Positions 1-13,517 of a stretch of DNA of 64,000 nucleotides are shown one piece after another. The translations under genes and the position numbers were made by a program. The notes beneath the pieces were generated by a model that searched no databases, had not been told where the DNA came from, and worked only from the letters and a program-made list of their open reading frames with translations. This DNA comes from the human T2T-CHM13v2.0 reference genome, Homo sapiens. The stretch lies in NCBI RefSeq assembly GCF_009914755.1, contig NC_060937.1; one strand, written 5' to 3'. Position 1 is the stretch's first letter, and every line of letters starts with the position of its first letter.

Positions 1-155
1 TCACACTCTGTGGGCTGCACCCACTGTCCAACAAGCCCCAGTGAGATGAACCTGGTACCTCAGTTGGAAATGCAGAATTCACCTGTCTTCTGCGTTGCTC
101 ACACTGGGAGCTGTAGCCTGGAGCTCTTCCTATTCAGCCATCTTGGAACCCTCTC
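1..155 (-). mobile_element. 5' end (5'UTR start) of an L1PA element (approx. L1PA5-7), continuing beyond the left edge
   Basis: Reverse complement reads GGTTCCAAGATGGCTGAATAGGAAGAGCTCCAGGCTACAGCTCCCAGTGTGAGCAACGCAGAAGACAGGTGAATTCTGCATTTCCAACTGAGGTACC, the L1PA 5'UTR start with the YY1 core at 137-145. Confidence 0.9.
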
Positions 156-514
156 CCTCACCTCCTACATTTCTTATCTGGATCATTCTACAAGGCATTC
201 CAAACCAAAGGAGAAGCACTTTATTAACCAAGGCAGTTTTACCTTTACTGTTAATAAATTATTTACTTAGGTCTTGCATATATCCAGAATCTACCTGTGC
301 ACCTAAGTAAATAAATGTTTGTGGAATAAATAAAACTGGGTATAGCCTTTTCATCTGATGTTGTGGTGATTGGTGCAGAGAATTCACCTGCAGCCAAACA
401 TTCTAACAGAATGATGAAGCTTAGACTAGTCAGCTCAGCAGTGTTCAACAGGTGGCCTGCGAACGTGGGAAAATTGGAGGCTAGGGTAGTTTGCAAGGGT
501 TCAGTATACTCACA

Positions 515-680
515 TCTTTCTAGCTCTGTGACCTCAAGCAAGTTAATCCCTCAAGGCCTCAGGTTCTTCATTTATAAAATAACTACACTAATAACATATA
601 CTTACACTTATAATGGCAAGTGGATAATTAGCACAATGCTTACCACAGGATAAGTCCCCAGTAAGTCATAGCTCTTATGA
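515..680 (+). mobile_element. MIR SINE fragment
   Basis: tagctctgtgacctcaagcaagtta...ggcctcaggttcttcatttataaaat core-like sequence and 3' gcacaatgct...taagtccccagtaag. Confidence 0.6.
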
Positions 681-2083
681 TTTTATAGACTGAATAAATT
701 CCATTTTATATGCTAGTATATTTTAGAATTTTGAGATTTTAGGTGCACATTCACTTAATAGAAGTCCTGATTTATTTATATATGTATACTTATTAATATG
801 TGTGTATATGTATCTATATTTTTAATCAATGGAGAATGAAGGTAAATCTTATATGTGGTCAATATAGTTTTGTTAGGAAATTGGTCCTCATATGTTTAAA
901 GCTTGAAAACCATAATTCTACGTGACATTTCAGAATCACAGGTTTGAAACCTGAAGTCCAGAGAGATGGAATGATGAGCTCCAGGACACGGTTGTCACAG
1001 GAAAAGCAGCATCCGGGTTGCAGAGTCCCTCTTTCCTTGTGACTTACTGGGCCTCTCAAAAGAGGGGAGAAGGTGGAGATCATCAGTATCCTTACCATAG
1101 AAAGTCCATAGGAGGTCAGGGTTATGTCCATTTTCAGATCAAAACTTGAAAAAATCATGGTCATACTTTTTATTATAAGCATATCAGAGGGTTTTTGTAA
1201 GAGTTACACTTTTTCAAGTCTGAAAATTAATTATTACATTGAAAATTTAGTAATAGGGTTTATATGAATCAGATGAGATTTTTCAGAATAGCAATGCAAT
1301 TTTACAAATTGACATTGTTTGGATATAGGGCAGTATTATTGTTTTATACCGATTTAAACACTTCAAGATGTTTCTGTTAATCAGCGTTACTGAATTTTTT
1401 CAACTGCCTTCCTTCATGACTTTGTTAATTTCAGCCTGAGTTTCTGTGGTAGGAGATGAGGTATAATCATGGCCTCAGTTAAAAAAAAATTAAGCCTACT
1501 TGTCGACAAACATTTTCATTATTGCCAAAACTCAATTGCTATAACACTTCTAAAGAGCTCATAAATTACTTAAAACTGTGTGTTCTACACTTTCCCCAAG
1601 AAATCTCCATGGAAAGCAATGTAAATGGTGTGTAGTTTTTGATGAATTATGCTGCTCTTGCTCCTAATACAAGGTTGAGTTTCTCGTTATTAAATGGTCC
1701 TGAGCCAAGATTGTTGGTGGCCTAATGGTCAATTAAATTTCAAATGAACTTCAAAGACCAGGATTAAGATTTCCCTTTACTTTTAATTCTTTAATAATAA
1801 TTTACTCAAATCCCTAGGAAAATTGTAAATGCACTTCATTTGCAGTCAGTGTTGAATAATTATAAAATATTGTTTTCTAAGTTTTTTTTTTTTTTACAAT
1901 GGAACCTTTTAAAATAGCAGAGCTGACAATCATTAGAATGACAATACAGTTAGAAGTAACAATGGCTATGCCACCATGTCACAAATGCAATATTGCACCA
2001 CTGGAGATGTTTTAATTCAATTTCATTGTTTCTGACATATAATTTGCATCTTAGAGGGAAAAGCGCTATCTTAGCATTTTGTG

Positions 2084-2143
2084 CCACAAGCAGAAATCTT
2101 ACAATAAATATGACCACAGGCATAAATCTTACAATAAATGTAA
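2084..2143. repeat. 30-bp tandem duplication (2 copies, 26/30 identical)
   Basis: ccacaagcagaaatcttacaataaatatga / ccacaggcataaatcttacaataaatgtaa. Confidence 0.8.
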
Positions 2144-2189
2144 ACAAATGGTTTTCAAAAATTTGATATTTGGGAAAATACTTGAAAAA

Positions 2190-2655
2190 TTTTATTGTGT
2201 CTATTTGATTTTTCTCTCTTTGCTTCTTTATTAGTCTAGCTAGTGGTGTATTTATTTTGTTACTTTTTTTAAAAAAAACAGCTCCTGGATTCATTAATTT
2301 TTTGTAGGGTTTTTTGTGTCTCTATCTCCTCCAATTCTTCTTTGATCTTAGTTATTTCTTGTCTTCTGCTAGCTTTTGGATTAGTTTGTTCTTCCCTCTC
2401 TAGCTCTTTTAATTGTGATGTTAGAGTGTCAATTTGAGATCTTTCAAGCTTTCTGATGTGAGCATCTAGTGCTACAAATTTCCCTCTTAACACTGCTTTA
2501 GCTATGTCCCAGAGATTCTGGTACATTGTGTCTTTGTTCTTGGTGGTTTCAAATAACTTGATTTCTGGCATAATTTCATTATTTACCCAGGAGTCATTCA
2601 GGAGCTGATTGTTCAATTTCCATGTAATTGTGTGGTTTTGAGTGAGTTTCTTAAT
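2190..2655 (-). mobile_element. L1PA (approx. L1PA8) inverted 5' segment, ORF2 post-endonuclease region
   Basis: Minus-strand ORF 2269..2865 contains [17 protein letters not shown]...[16 protein letters not shown]...[21 protein letters not shown] (L1 ORF2p). Confidence 0.92.
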
Positions 2656-2662
2656 AGTAGGA

Positions 2663-3780
2663 TTAAATGTAAAACCCAAAACCGTAAAAACCCTGGAAGA
2701 AAACCTAGGCCATACCATCCAAGACATAGGCATGGGCAAAGACTTCATAACAAAAACCTCAAAAGCAATTGCAACAAAAGCCAAAATTGACAAATGGGAT
2801 CTAATTAAACTAAAGAGCTTCTGCACAGCAAAAGAAACTATCTTCAGAGCAGAGTGAACAGGCAATCTACAGAATGGGAGAAAAATTTTATAATCTCCCC
2901 ATCTGACAAAGGTCTAATATCCAGAATTTACAAGCAACTTAAACAAATGTATAAGAAAAAAAACTCCATCAAAAAGTGGGCAAAGGATATGAACAGACAC
3001 TTCTCAAAATAAGATATTTATGCGGCCAAAAAACATATGAAAAAAACCTCATCATCACTGGCCATCAGTGAAATGCAAATCAAAACCACAATGAGAACCC
3101 ATCTCATGCCAGTCAGAATGGCGATTATTTAAAAGTCAGGAAACAATAGATGCTGGTGAGGCTGTGGAGAAATAGGAACACTTTTACACTGTTGGTGGGA
3201 ATGTAAATTACTTCAACCATTGTGGAAGACAGTATGGTGATTCCTCAAGGATCTAGAATCAGAAATACCATTTGACCCAGCAATCCCATTACTAGGTACA
3301 TACCCAAAGGATTTTAAATCATTCTACTATAAAGACACATGCACATGTATGTTTATTGCAACACTAGATAGCAAAGACATGGAACCAACACAAATGCCCA
3401 TCAATGATAGACTGGATAAAGAAAATGTGGTACATATACACCATGGAATACTATGCAGACATTATAAGGAATGAGATCATGTCCTTTGCAGGGACATGGA
3501 TGAAGCCAGAAGCCATCATCCTCAGCAAACTAACAGAGGAACGGAAAAACAAAACCACATGCTCTCACTCATAAGTGGGGGTTGAACAATAAGAATATGG
3601 ACACAGAGAGGGGAACAACACAAACCAGGGACTGTTGGGGATTGTGGGGCGAGGGGAGGGAACTTAGACAATGGGTCAATAGGTGCAGAAAATCAGCATG
3701 GCACGCGTAAACCTATGTAACAAACCTGCACGTTCTGCACATGTATCCCAGTTATTTTTTTTAGAAGAAATAAAAAAAAA
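2663..3780 (+). mobile_element. L1PA (approx. L1PA8) 3' segment: ORF2 C-terminus, 3'UTR, poly(A)
   Basis: [16 protein letters not shown]...[21 protein letters not shown]; 3'UTR cctatgtaacaaacctgcacgttctgcacatgtatccc; A-tail to 3780; TSD gaaaaatttt (2184-2193) / ggaaaatttt (3781-3790). Confidence 0.93.
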
Positions 3781-4399
3781 GGAAAATTTTAGTTGGGGTT
3801 TTCCAGTGTCCTCTGACGTCACTCATTTTACAAAGACTTTTAATAATAGTGGAAAAAGTACCTAGATCTCCTCCACCTCCCAAAACCAATGGAGGAAGAT
3901 CCCGGGCTCTCCTGCCCTAGGGCCACTGCAAAGCCAGGGAGCACCCTCTGCTTAGCCTCTGCTATCACAACAGGGACGTGTCCGTGACACTGAAAAGTAC
4001 CTAGAAAGCCATGTGTCCTAAAAGTTGAAAAACTTGGTGAATTTCTCCTCTAAAGTCATCAAAGTGTTTTAAAAAATCCATTTCAAGAGGTCTTTCATAC
4101 ATAGACTTGGACATAGATACTGACTGCAAAACAACAAAAGATGCATTACAAAATATGGCCATCCCGTTCATACAGTTGATATGCATGAACAGCCTGGACC
4201 TGGTGACCCAGAAGGAGAGAGACAGGGGAGGAAGGTATGGGGGTCCCTCTGGTGCACAGGCTCCAGTGCCCTTCCCAACTCTAGTTCTAGAGCCTGGTTG
4301 ACTGCTCTTACCCTGCAACCCTGTGCTACAGAGGTGATGTACCCAGGATAAAGACAAGGAGAAGGACCAAATCCCAACAAAAAAAAGAGATTCCAGGGC

Positions 4400-4668
4400 T
4401 TTTTTTTTTTTTTAAAGAAAACCTTTTATTTTGACATGATTATAGATTAACAGGAAAATGCAAAACTAATATGGAGAGATCTCTAATCCACTTTGCGGCT
4501 TCCCTCTGTGGTTACGTGTTGTGGAACAACATTGCAATATTAAAACCAGGAAATTCATATTGCTACAATGTGTGTAGTCCCGTGCCATCCTACAAGATGT
4601 GTAGATTCCTGTGCAGAACTATGCCCTCAACAGAAAGGTCTCCTCCTGCTGCCCCTTCATAGTCACCC
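4400..4668 (-). mobile_element. Old L1M (L1MC-type) 3' end
   Basis: Poly-T then ttttattttgacatgattatagattaacaggaaaatgcaaaa...aaaaccaggaaattcatattgctacaat, typical of the L1MC 3' terminus in antisense. Confidence 0.7.
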
Positions 4669-7600
4669 TGAGGCTATGATGGGAAAGAGCAGTGGAGGGC
4701 TGGTAAAGGATGAGGGCTCAGCAACTGCTCCTCTTAAGTGGTATAGTGACTTTCCATCATGCACAGCATCATCCTACTGAGGACAGCCCATGCTGCTAGG
4801 ATTCAATGCATCCCTCGTAATTATTCCATAGTACTGGAAAAGGAAGAGCCTTCTCTGATTCACATAGACAGACGGTGTCACTCTGGGAGGAGCTCGTGGA
4901 AGCCCTGTCGGCACTGACCATAGTACCTTGACTAGGAGAAGTTTCTCAGGTATGACCAGGAAGAGGCGGGTGATGGTGATGATAGGCAAAGAGGCTGGTG
5001 AATGAGGCATTTTGTTATTTGGGGCTTCCAGTCCCGAAAGATGTGTGTACTACTATAAAAAACAAGAGCACATTATCTATAGTTATCAACATATGAACCA
5101 AGCCACCTGTTATCCAGAGTCATTAAATTAAGCCTTCCCTCTACGAGAACAACCTGTCTTGATCAATAAAAGTGAATGGTTTGACATATGGTGTTTGAAT
5201 TCGACCATTCACTGGGAAGTTTTCTAAACTGCAATGTAGATTTTTCCATGTACCCCATACTTCACTGAACAGTTGTTGTGAACATACTGAGTGCTAGAAA
5301 GAACCCCATTCCAATGTGCTCTGAAAAGAGATTGGGTTGTAGCTGCACTTTTGTTTTCAGTGAGCTCAATTACTGAACAGCAAATTCACATTCTTGCAAA
5401 CTCTTTGCTCTTTAGTCTTGCCGTTTTGAATTAGAAATGTCTTAGAACCATGTAGAATAATCTATGCTGGGATATTCCCAGTATGAGCAGCTCTTCCTTT
5501 ATCTTCACTATTCCTTTTGTGGTATTAGAAGCCTGCCTAAGATTTTGCTTGAGAACAGAATCTGCTAAGAAATAATTTTAAAAACAATGGACCAGATGAT
5601 CTCTTTATGATTATGCGATGTGAATTACTTTGTCCTAACATAGGGTTCACAGCCCTACTCTCGACATTTCCGAGGATTTTAAATATCTTCCCAGTAGATA
5701 TTTCAGCCACTCATCATTCTCTATTTCTCTTGTGTGTTTTTCTTGATTTCTAGTGGCAGCAGGATTTCAGCCAATGACCCCGGCCGGGTCCCACTCCCTA
5801 CACTGATGATGGACTTCACTGTGAACAGCATACTTGTAGGGGTGGGGGATGGTGGTGTAACGAGTAATTCCCTCTCATAAGGAGGCCAGAGACCCACTGA
5901 CAAACATGAAGCTCTGGTTCAGATCCATTGAGACAAAAAAAATAAAAATAAAAATAACCCGGACCGCTTGAGTGAATAGTCAGGAACTATACAAGATTTG
6001 TGTTTTTGAAAAATTCTCCACGTCAGTGTACAGTGGAATGAGGAAATGCCATTGTGGGGGGAGGGTAAGGAGACATAGATGCCTTTCTGTAAAATTAATT
6101 AACAAATTAGTGGTTGACGTAACATTCTCTCCGTTGATTCTCTTGTCTCCGGGACGAAGCGCACACTCTGCCGCTGACTGCGCCTTTTGACTCATCAGTA
6201 TCACTCACATCATCTGTTGCCTCCTGTCTAGCTTTTTTTTTAGTCTCAGATGAAACAACTTGTGCCTCTTCTTTCAGCTTGGTTTCCTTGTTTGTTGATG
6301 CAATGGGAACCAACCATCTGCCTAATCATTTAAAGAAAATTTTTTAATCAGGCTTTTTGGGTGATTTAATCCAAAACTCACACTTTTCCCCCATTTTCAA
6401 AAAAAATGAATCTTACTCGTGAGGACAAAACATCAAACCACAGTTCGCTCCAAATTGTTCTCGATGTTATATTTTTAACAGAATCCCAGGCATACATAAT
6501 ATTAAAAATTACATCCCTGATGCTATTGTGAGATTAAAAGTCTGGCATGGTGCCTGGATAATGGATCATATGATTATATTGCTTACAAAACCTCTTCTGC
6601 AATATTTCAGTTTCTAAGTAACACCCTCAACCATGGACTAAATCAATGGGGAAATACTAACAGCCAGAAAAGAAATAATGGAACCCACCCTAAGAAAGCA
6701 TCAACAGGATAGCTTTATTTTTATTGCGTGAGCTTTTGATTCTGTGGCGCAACCACCAATTAGAAAAACAAATTGTCTGTGCTTTCACTTGTCCTCAGTA
6801 AGCGGCAGGTGAAGGGGCCATCTTTGCAAGCACTAAAATGATTCTTTCAAACACCTGAGGTTTCATTTTTTGGCTTCCTGCATTTTTTTAAAGACTAATC
6901 AACATCTGTAAGAATAGAGTTTTGCCAACTTGCCCATTTCGTTTGCATTGCAAGACTTCAGAACTTTCATCAAAATTCTTTCCATCCACTTTCTAATGAC
7001 AAAACTGTTCTATGCATCAAGGGCCTTGCATTCTGATCCACTTTGAGGCTGTTAAAGGATAAACAAATTTATTGTTTTCCTTCCCCACATTATAAAGAGC
7101 AGTTTTGACATTATATGCTATTATTTCTGATTTATAAATGATAAAATTATTCACAGTTGCATGACATCCAATCAGGGAAGAATAATGATCACATTTGGAG
7201 AAAAAAAGCTTAAATTGTAATTGGGTAAAGAGTGACCTTGGGCTCCTCGTGCCCTCTACCTAGTAATTGGAGCCCTGCTTGCTGTGTCTGATGCATTCTC
7301 CGTTCAGCCTCATGGCTTCCTGGTCAAAGGGCCCCTCGGCTTCCTCAGGATGGTCATGAGGGCTGCCTCACCCACACACCCAGGGCTTTCCGGCTGATAA
7401 CCTCGGTCTATCAGTTAGGCTTGTTCAGCTTGCATGTGTCCTCTGTGTAGAACCAATGCAGAGCGAGCACTTGGACCTGTGGCAGGTGAAGCTAGGCATT
7501 TATTAACTCAGGCTTCCTGTAAACACAGGGCACAGGAGCCGTCACAATGAGAACATGAAAATGAGAGTTATATGGGAATGAGTGCCTCAAGAGCCATCCC

Positions 7601-7844
7601 GTGACTGGTGCTTTAAAAAAGAGAGAAAGTTGTGAGCAGCGAAACCCAGGAGAGAGAAGCAGCATGGGGGCTCACACCAGGTCGTAGCCCTGCACACCTG
7701 CTGCCACTCTCACAGCAGTGCTGGCCTCCTCATCCAGCATCTCTCCTCCACCTGCTCCTCCACTCCAGCCTGGAGGTCTCTGCTCTGGTCCTGCTTGCCC
7801 ATGAGAGGGAAACTCACACTGTGGCCCTTTTGCTACTTAGAAGT

Positions 7845-8065
7845 GCAGCCATTTGTTGGATGGTAACCCTGTACTCAGTGCTGGGATGACATGTCACTTA
7901 CTTTGTCCAATACAAGTCTCAGTACCATCTCATGAGGAAAGAACATGATTAATCCACCTTCACAGAAGTGGATAAGGAGGCTCAGGGGTCCTGCAGCATT
8001 TTCGTGGTCACATGGCTGCTAAGCAGCAGAACCAGGAATACCAAGTCTGTCTGATACCAGAGCTG
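7845..8065 (-). mobile_element. MIR
   Basis: ccaccttcacagaagtggataaggaggctcag...ggtcacatggctgctaagcagcagaaccagga...gtctgtctgataccagagc. Confidence 0.6.
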
Positions 8066-8439
8066 GATTCCAACCGATTCCCTAGACATCCTCCCCCCAG
8101 GCCAAATCCATTGAACATCAGCTGCACTCAGAGACGGCACCAACCAAGCACTTCCTGTGTATCTTTGAACTTAAATGAAATCTAAGTACTCTGCAGCCTT
8201 GTTCTGTCTCAAAAGCCCAATAATCTCCATTTCTCCACAATTCTCAGCAATTAGCTAACATAATTCTTATGCCTTTATGAACATATATTCATATAAAATT
8301 ATGGACTGAATTTCCCATATCTACCATAGGACAAAAATAACCCCATGAAATTCTGGCATTTTTTGCTTTCAGGCCTATTATTCTTTCTAGACATTAATAA
8401 TGATTATAAGCAGAAGAAGTTTAGTCCAAAGAAATGAGC

Positions 8440-8715
8440 AATGGGTACAAAATAAATAGAAAGAATGAATAAGACCTACCATTTGATAGCACAATGGGGT
8501 GACTATAGTCAATAATAATTTAATTGTATATGTTAAAATAAAAAATGCAATGGAATTGTTTGTAACTCAAAGGATAAATACTTGAGGGGATGGATACCCC
8601 ATTCTCCGTGATGTGCTTATTTTACAGTGCATGCCTGTATTAAAACATCCCATGTACCCTAGACATACATACACATATTATGTACCCATAAAAATTTTAA
8701 AAAATAATAAAAAAA
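8440..8715 (+). mobile_element. L1MA (L1MA1-3-like) 3'UTR fragment with A-rich tail
   Basis: aatgggtacaaaa..gaaagaatgaataagacctaccatttgatagcacaa...aaggataaatacttgaggggatggataccccatt...atgtacccataaaaatt. Confidence 0.85.
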
Positions 8716-10999
8716 TTTTTTAAAACCCTGAAAAACAAATGCATGAGCAACTCGAACAACAAAAGTAGAAACAGACCTTAACTGGCTCATTGTTTTGAAG
8801 TGCTGCGTTGGTTAATTTGTTTGGTTTGTAGGGAGCTCAGAAACTCGTGCCCTTACAATGTACTGAAAGTAGCGGTCATTACAGGCTTGTAAAATTAATA
8901 CATTTCTTTCAAACATAGTTTAGTATCAAAGTGAAAGTGGAAGTGATCCCATTTGCCATTTTGAAGGCTTGTTTCATAGGTGTTGAGGAAACCAGCATTC
9001 CAACAAGATGAAAAATTAATTTGTGGATCGCAAATTGTATATATGTGTGGAATTTAGAAGGGGGCTAGATACAGTGTATACATATAAATGTGTGATTAAA
9101 CTTACTCAGAAACTTACTGTCCAACACTAGAGGCAGTGCTCCCATTTCACCAACATTTTGGTGCCTAGTAGGAGAAAGCACAGTCCCATGGAGAAGCCAT
9201 TCTAATTGTGGCCTTCCTGGAATCCTCCATCATCAGAACACACATGCCGTCTTTGCCTTGGTGTGCTTTGCTGTGTGAAGTCAACATCAGAAAGAATGTA
9301 GCCTCACTTTGTAGACGGACTTCGTAGTTCAGAGGCCTTACCTGATGTACTCAAGGCACAGCCAGCTCCACGCACTGAGGAAGAAGCCTGAAGTGGTGAG
9401 GAGGCGTGGAATCCAGGTGGAGGCTGGGGACACAGGTGTGAGTTGAAGCTGAACCACTTTCTGTCTGAGTTACTACTGCCCTGGGCCTCAGTCTCCTCAT
9501 CTATATGACCAAGATGCTATTTGTTTTCCGGCATCAAAAGAACGCTTTATGTATTATAAAATGCCTGGTTTTAGAGCAGTTACTCAGGACTGCTATTTCT
9601 CTTTTTCTAGAAGCACTGTAGGCTGGCAGGTGCAACAGGACTGCCCATCTGACTTCAGTCTGGAGTCATCCTGTTGTGCCAATCAGCTGGGTCGTCCTCT
9701 GGGGTTATCTCTTCTTGGGATAGAACCCCTTGGACCCCCAGGTGCTGTTCCATCCCTTAGAAGGCAGCTGCACGCAGCCACGTGGGAGGTGGCCCTGCCT
9801 GGCAAGACTCCACCATTATTCCTTGAAGGCTGATCTCCTCCGTTTACCTGAATGTGGAGTTGTACAAATGACACCCCTTTCTGCCCCCTGGGTGAAACAT
9901 GTGTATGGGCTCCCCTGCTCTTCAAGGACTTACCCAGTTACAGAACACGGTGGCCTTCCCCAGATCCAGGTCACAACCTTCTAACACTAGTGACATCCCA
10001 CCTGCCATGCACCTGCAGTGGTGGGGAGATTTCTCACACCTTGAAGGGGAGCAAGAGTCTCCTGGTCTTTCTGTGAATTAAGGGCCCCCACTGCCCCGAC
10101 TCTCTGGATATTCAAGGAGAGGTGGGAAGTTTTAAGTCTATGGCTTAAGCTTTCCAAATGCCAAGGATTTTTAAAAGTGCTTTTGCCCCACCTGATGTAA
10201 AGAAATTTCTGTCCATCCAAGAAATCCCCCCAATCCCTAGAAGCATAAAGAAGAAAAATCAAAATCATCAAAATCATTCCCAGGCCTCCCAACCAAAGAT
10301 AAGCTGTCTTTTTTTTTTTTTCACATTCAGGGTCATAATATAACAGATTCGAACTCACTTTCCTGTTTAATAAACAATGAGGGCCGGTCTTTTCTCCCGC
10401 CATTAAACATTCTTCCTCGATACCCTTCCTTGCTGGCTATGGAATGACATATCCATTCTTGGCAGGGCATATTCTAACAGAGAATACACTTCATGGAAAT
10501 CATGATAGATCAAAATAAAAATTAGTGCACTAATTGGATTAATTCTAGTGTGACTAAATTAACCTAAGCAACAGCCTTTGGTGTAATATGACATTTTGAA
10601 GGGTTTGGCAGGCAAAATATCTATTACTAGTAAGTTTTGAATAATATCTGCCACATAACTTAGATAGTTTAATAGGCTAATATATAAGTTAATCTTTAAA
10701 AGTCAGCCTATTTTTATAATTAAGAGAACTGATATGAATAGAACGAAGGCACAAGAAGCATTTTTAAAAATAAAATTGTGGAGGAAAAGAGGCATTTAAG
10801 AGACAAGAAGAAGAGTGTTTAGGACTGATTAGCCTGAACGTGGAGAAAATAAAGCCAGCATTATGTATGGGGTCTGCTTCCTGTGGTGTCAGAGTCAAGA
10901 GATTAACTGTGCCGGTGTGGCTGCTGCGTGCCGGCTGTCAGCGTCTGTATCCTGCTGAATGATCCCCGAGCCCTTGTTCATCTCAAATTCCTTCTGAAA

Positions 11000-11340
11000 A
11001 AGAACATTTATGGAACACATGGAACGTGGCAGGCACCTCACCAGTGCTGACACAGAGACGCAAGAGACTGGAACTGTGCTGTCAGTGACTCAAGGGTAGT
11101 GGGACAGGCAGGTGACAAAGACTTGTATCATAGCATTGAGTGACTCAGCCATTCTGTATGTGGTTTTGGGGAGCACAGAGCAAATGGCCTCAGACTGTGT
11201 ACGTGGGGTAGGGACATTTTCACAGAAGCATTATCTGAACCAGCTCTTGAAGAATGAGAAGTTCAGCATCTGGGCAAGCAGAAGAATGGCTGGTTTCTGG
11301 AAAGTCAAACCAAACCAGCATTAAGTGATGGCACATGCGG
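11000..11340 (-). mobile_element. L2 LINE fragment
   Basis: acatttatggaacac...ggcaggcac (L2 3' end antisense) and gggagcacagag...ttcacagaagc..tctgaaccagctcttgaagaatgag. Confidence 0.55.
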
Positions 11341-11938
11341 CGTGCATGCCCAGGCCACTTCTGAGTGGCAGGAAAGGATAGAGAGGAAGTGTAAACCACA
11401 GCCCTTGTCTTCAGGATTAGCAGGCCACATTCCCTGTGGCTTAGCCAACCCTGATCCCCACTTCCTTCTCAAAAATGTGTGAAGTCATCATTTTGGACTC
11501 ATAAAGGTTGAAGAACAGGAGTCAGCTGAAGTCCCAGGCCAATGTTGGTTGCATACCCATCATTTGCAAATCTGGTCTAAATCTTTCTCTCTGATATGTG
11601 TCTAAGATTCACTTGGAACAATTGCATATTCTTTTATTCTACCTCACTGTCTGTTCTGAGGAAGTCCCTGCCTACCTTGGCTGGTGACATTGATTCTACA
11701 GCCACTTTACAGAGGTAACTGAGAAGTGCAGCTGGCTGGGGTTGGCTGTGGCTGTGGAGTTCTTAGGAGGGTGAGACACAAACCCCAGAGCCTGCTCACT
11801 CCGGCCACCCAGGACCTCTTTCTCTTTATGCGGTGGGATTTTGTTCTGAATGTTATCAGAACAAAATACCTTCAGCATCGGGAGCCCATGGGTTTATAGC
11901 CAAAATACTATATTACATGAGTGATTTCGAGATCAGTG

Positions 11939-11940
<2 letters not shown>

Positions 11941-11968
<28 letters not shown>
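11941..11968. repeat. (CA)14 microsatellite
   Basis: Direct reading. Confidence 0.97.
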
Positions 11969-11969
<1 letters not shown>

Positions 11970-12270
11970 GGCCATAATAGAACTTTCTTTCTTCATAATT
12001 ATAAAACTAACTTAAAAGTTTGGCATCATAAAACTTACACTGAAATATTTTAATATTAGAGTTGCGTTTTGTTTTGACTAGGAGAAGCCATTTAGCTCAG
12101 CTCTTTAGACCCTTTCCTTTGAAGATGTTGTCCACCGCAACCACCCCCCCGCCCAAAATGCTGATGACCAGGGTTGGTTCCACAGCTCTTTCCTGCTACA
12201 GTCACATGGCAAAGCCATTCACTGGGTATCCAGAGATATACCACACTGGTCTTCTCTTAAGAAAACTGGC

Positions 12271-12571
12271 AGCCAGGCACAGTGGCTCACACCTGTAATC
12301 CCAGCACTTTGGGAGGTGGGCGGATCGCCTGAGGTCAGGAGTTTGAGACCAGCCTGGCCCACATGGTGAAACTCCATCTCTGCTAAAAATACAAAAAATT
12401 AGCTGGGCTTGGTGGCAGGCACCTGTAATCCCAGCTACTTGGGATACTGAGGCAGGAGAATCGCTTGAACCCGGAAGGTGGAAGTTGCAGTGAGCCGAGA
12501 TCGTATCATTTCACTGCAGCCTGGGCGACAGCGCAAGACTCTGTCTCAAAAAATAAAATGAAATATAATAA
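12271..12571 (+). mobile_element. AluS (Sx/Sq-like)
   Basis: Dimeric Alu with A-tail; TSD aagaaaactgg (12259-12269) / aacaaaactgg (12572-12582). Confidence 0.96.
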
Positions 12572-13488
12572 AACAAAACTGGAAACTAGAAAATCAAAAG
12601 GCACTAGGTAATGCCCAATAGGTAAATCAAGGCAAAATAATGGTGCTTGATTGAGTGGACATCACTCACAATCCTTGGTAGACAATCGGGAACCTACTCT
12701 GGGAATTCTTCGTGGACTTGCTGGCAACGTTGATGGTAGTAACTTATCTAAAGTCACTTTTGGGTGTTTGGAAACTATCATGCACTACACAAGTGTCTCC
12801 ACACCTGTGTTCTTTGCCTGGGTAAGTTAGGAATGTGGAAGAATGTGGGCAGTATCTGGAGGATGGTCAGGATCATCTATAAGCTTATTGCAAAAGAGAG
12901 GATTTGTGCCCTAGATGTGGTAAATATGCCGTTATTCATATTCCTCCCCCTGCACCATGTCTGATGGGTGCCCAGATGTGGTCATAGCTTCACAAGTCCC
13001 TGTTCCGCCTGCCTTGCTTCTGAGAACCATCACATCAGTGTAGGGAAAGAACCCTAACTGGAATGAACCTCCAGGGCTTTGGTTTCCTAAGCTTGAATAT
13101 GCATGGAGGGTTTCAGAGATTCCTTCCAGCTGTGAGATTATATGACAAGAGAAGTTAGATGTATTAAACTTTGCAGTGAGATGATGGGCCTCCTCTGTAA
13201 TGTGGTTGCCTTTGGAAAGGGCCCCCTGAAGAATAATAAATTAATGATCCCTGTGGCGAGGCAAGTGCTCCTAGGGGTCACAGCAGGGATCTGGCTTCGA
13301 GTGAACTCTGGTGCTGCTGGGATGTCCCCAGGGTCATGGAGGAGTGGGGGGCATGGAATAGGACACCTGCCTGGCGCCTGTAGAGCTGCACAGAGAGCCG
13401 CTGGGCTGTTTGGAGCCAGGAGAGCTTTTACCCCATCCCCACTCCTGGGCCTGGTTAGCTCCTACTGATCCTTCAGGGATGGCCCTAC

Positions 13489-13517
13489 CCTAAACATCCC
13501 ACCTAAACATCCCACCT
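13489..13517. repeat. Perfect 13-bp tandem duplication
   Basis: cctaaacatccca cctaaacatccca cct. Confidence 0.9.

Noticed and set aside
2269-2865. 198-aa ORF, the longest in the track
   Set aside because: Chance read-through across the L1 inversion junction (antisense L1 fused to an ORF2 fragment); not a gene.
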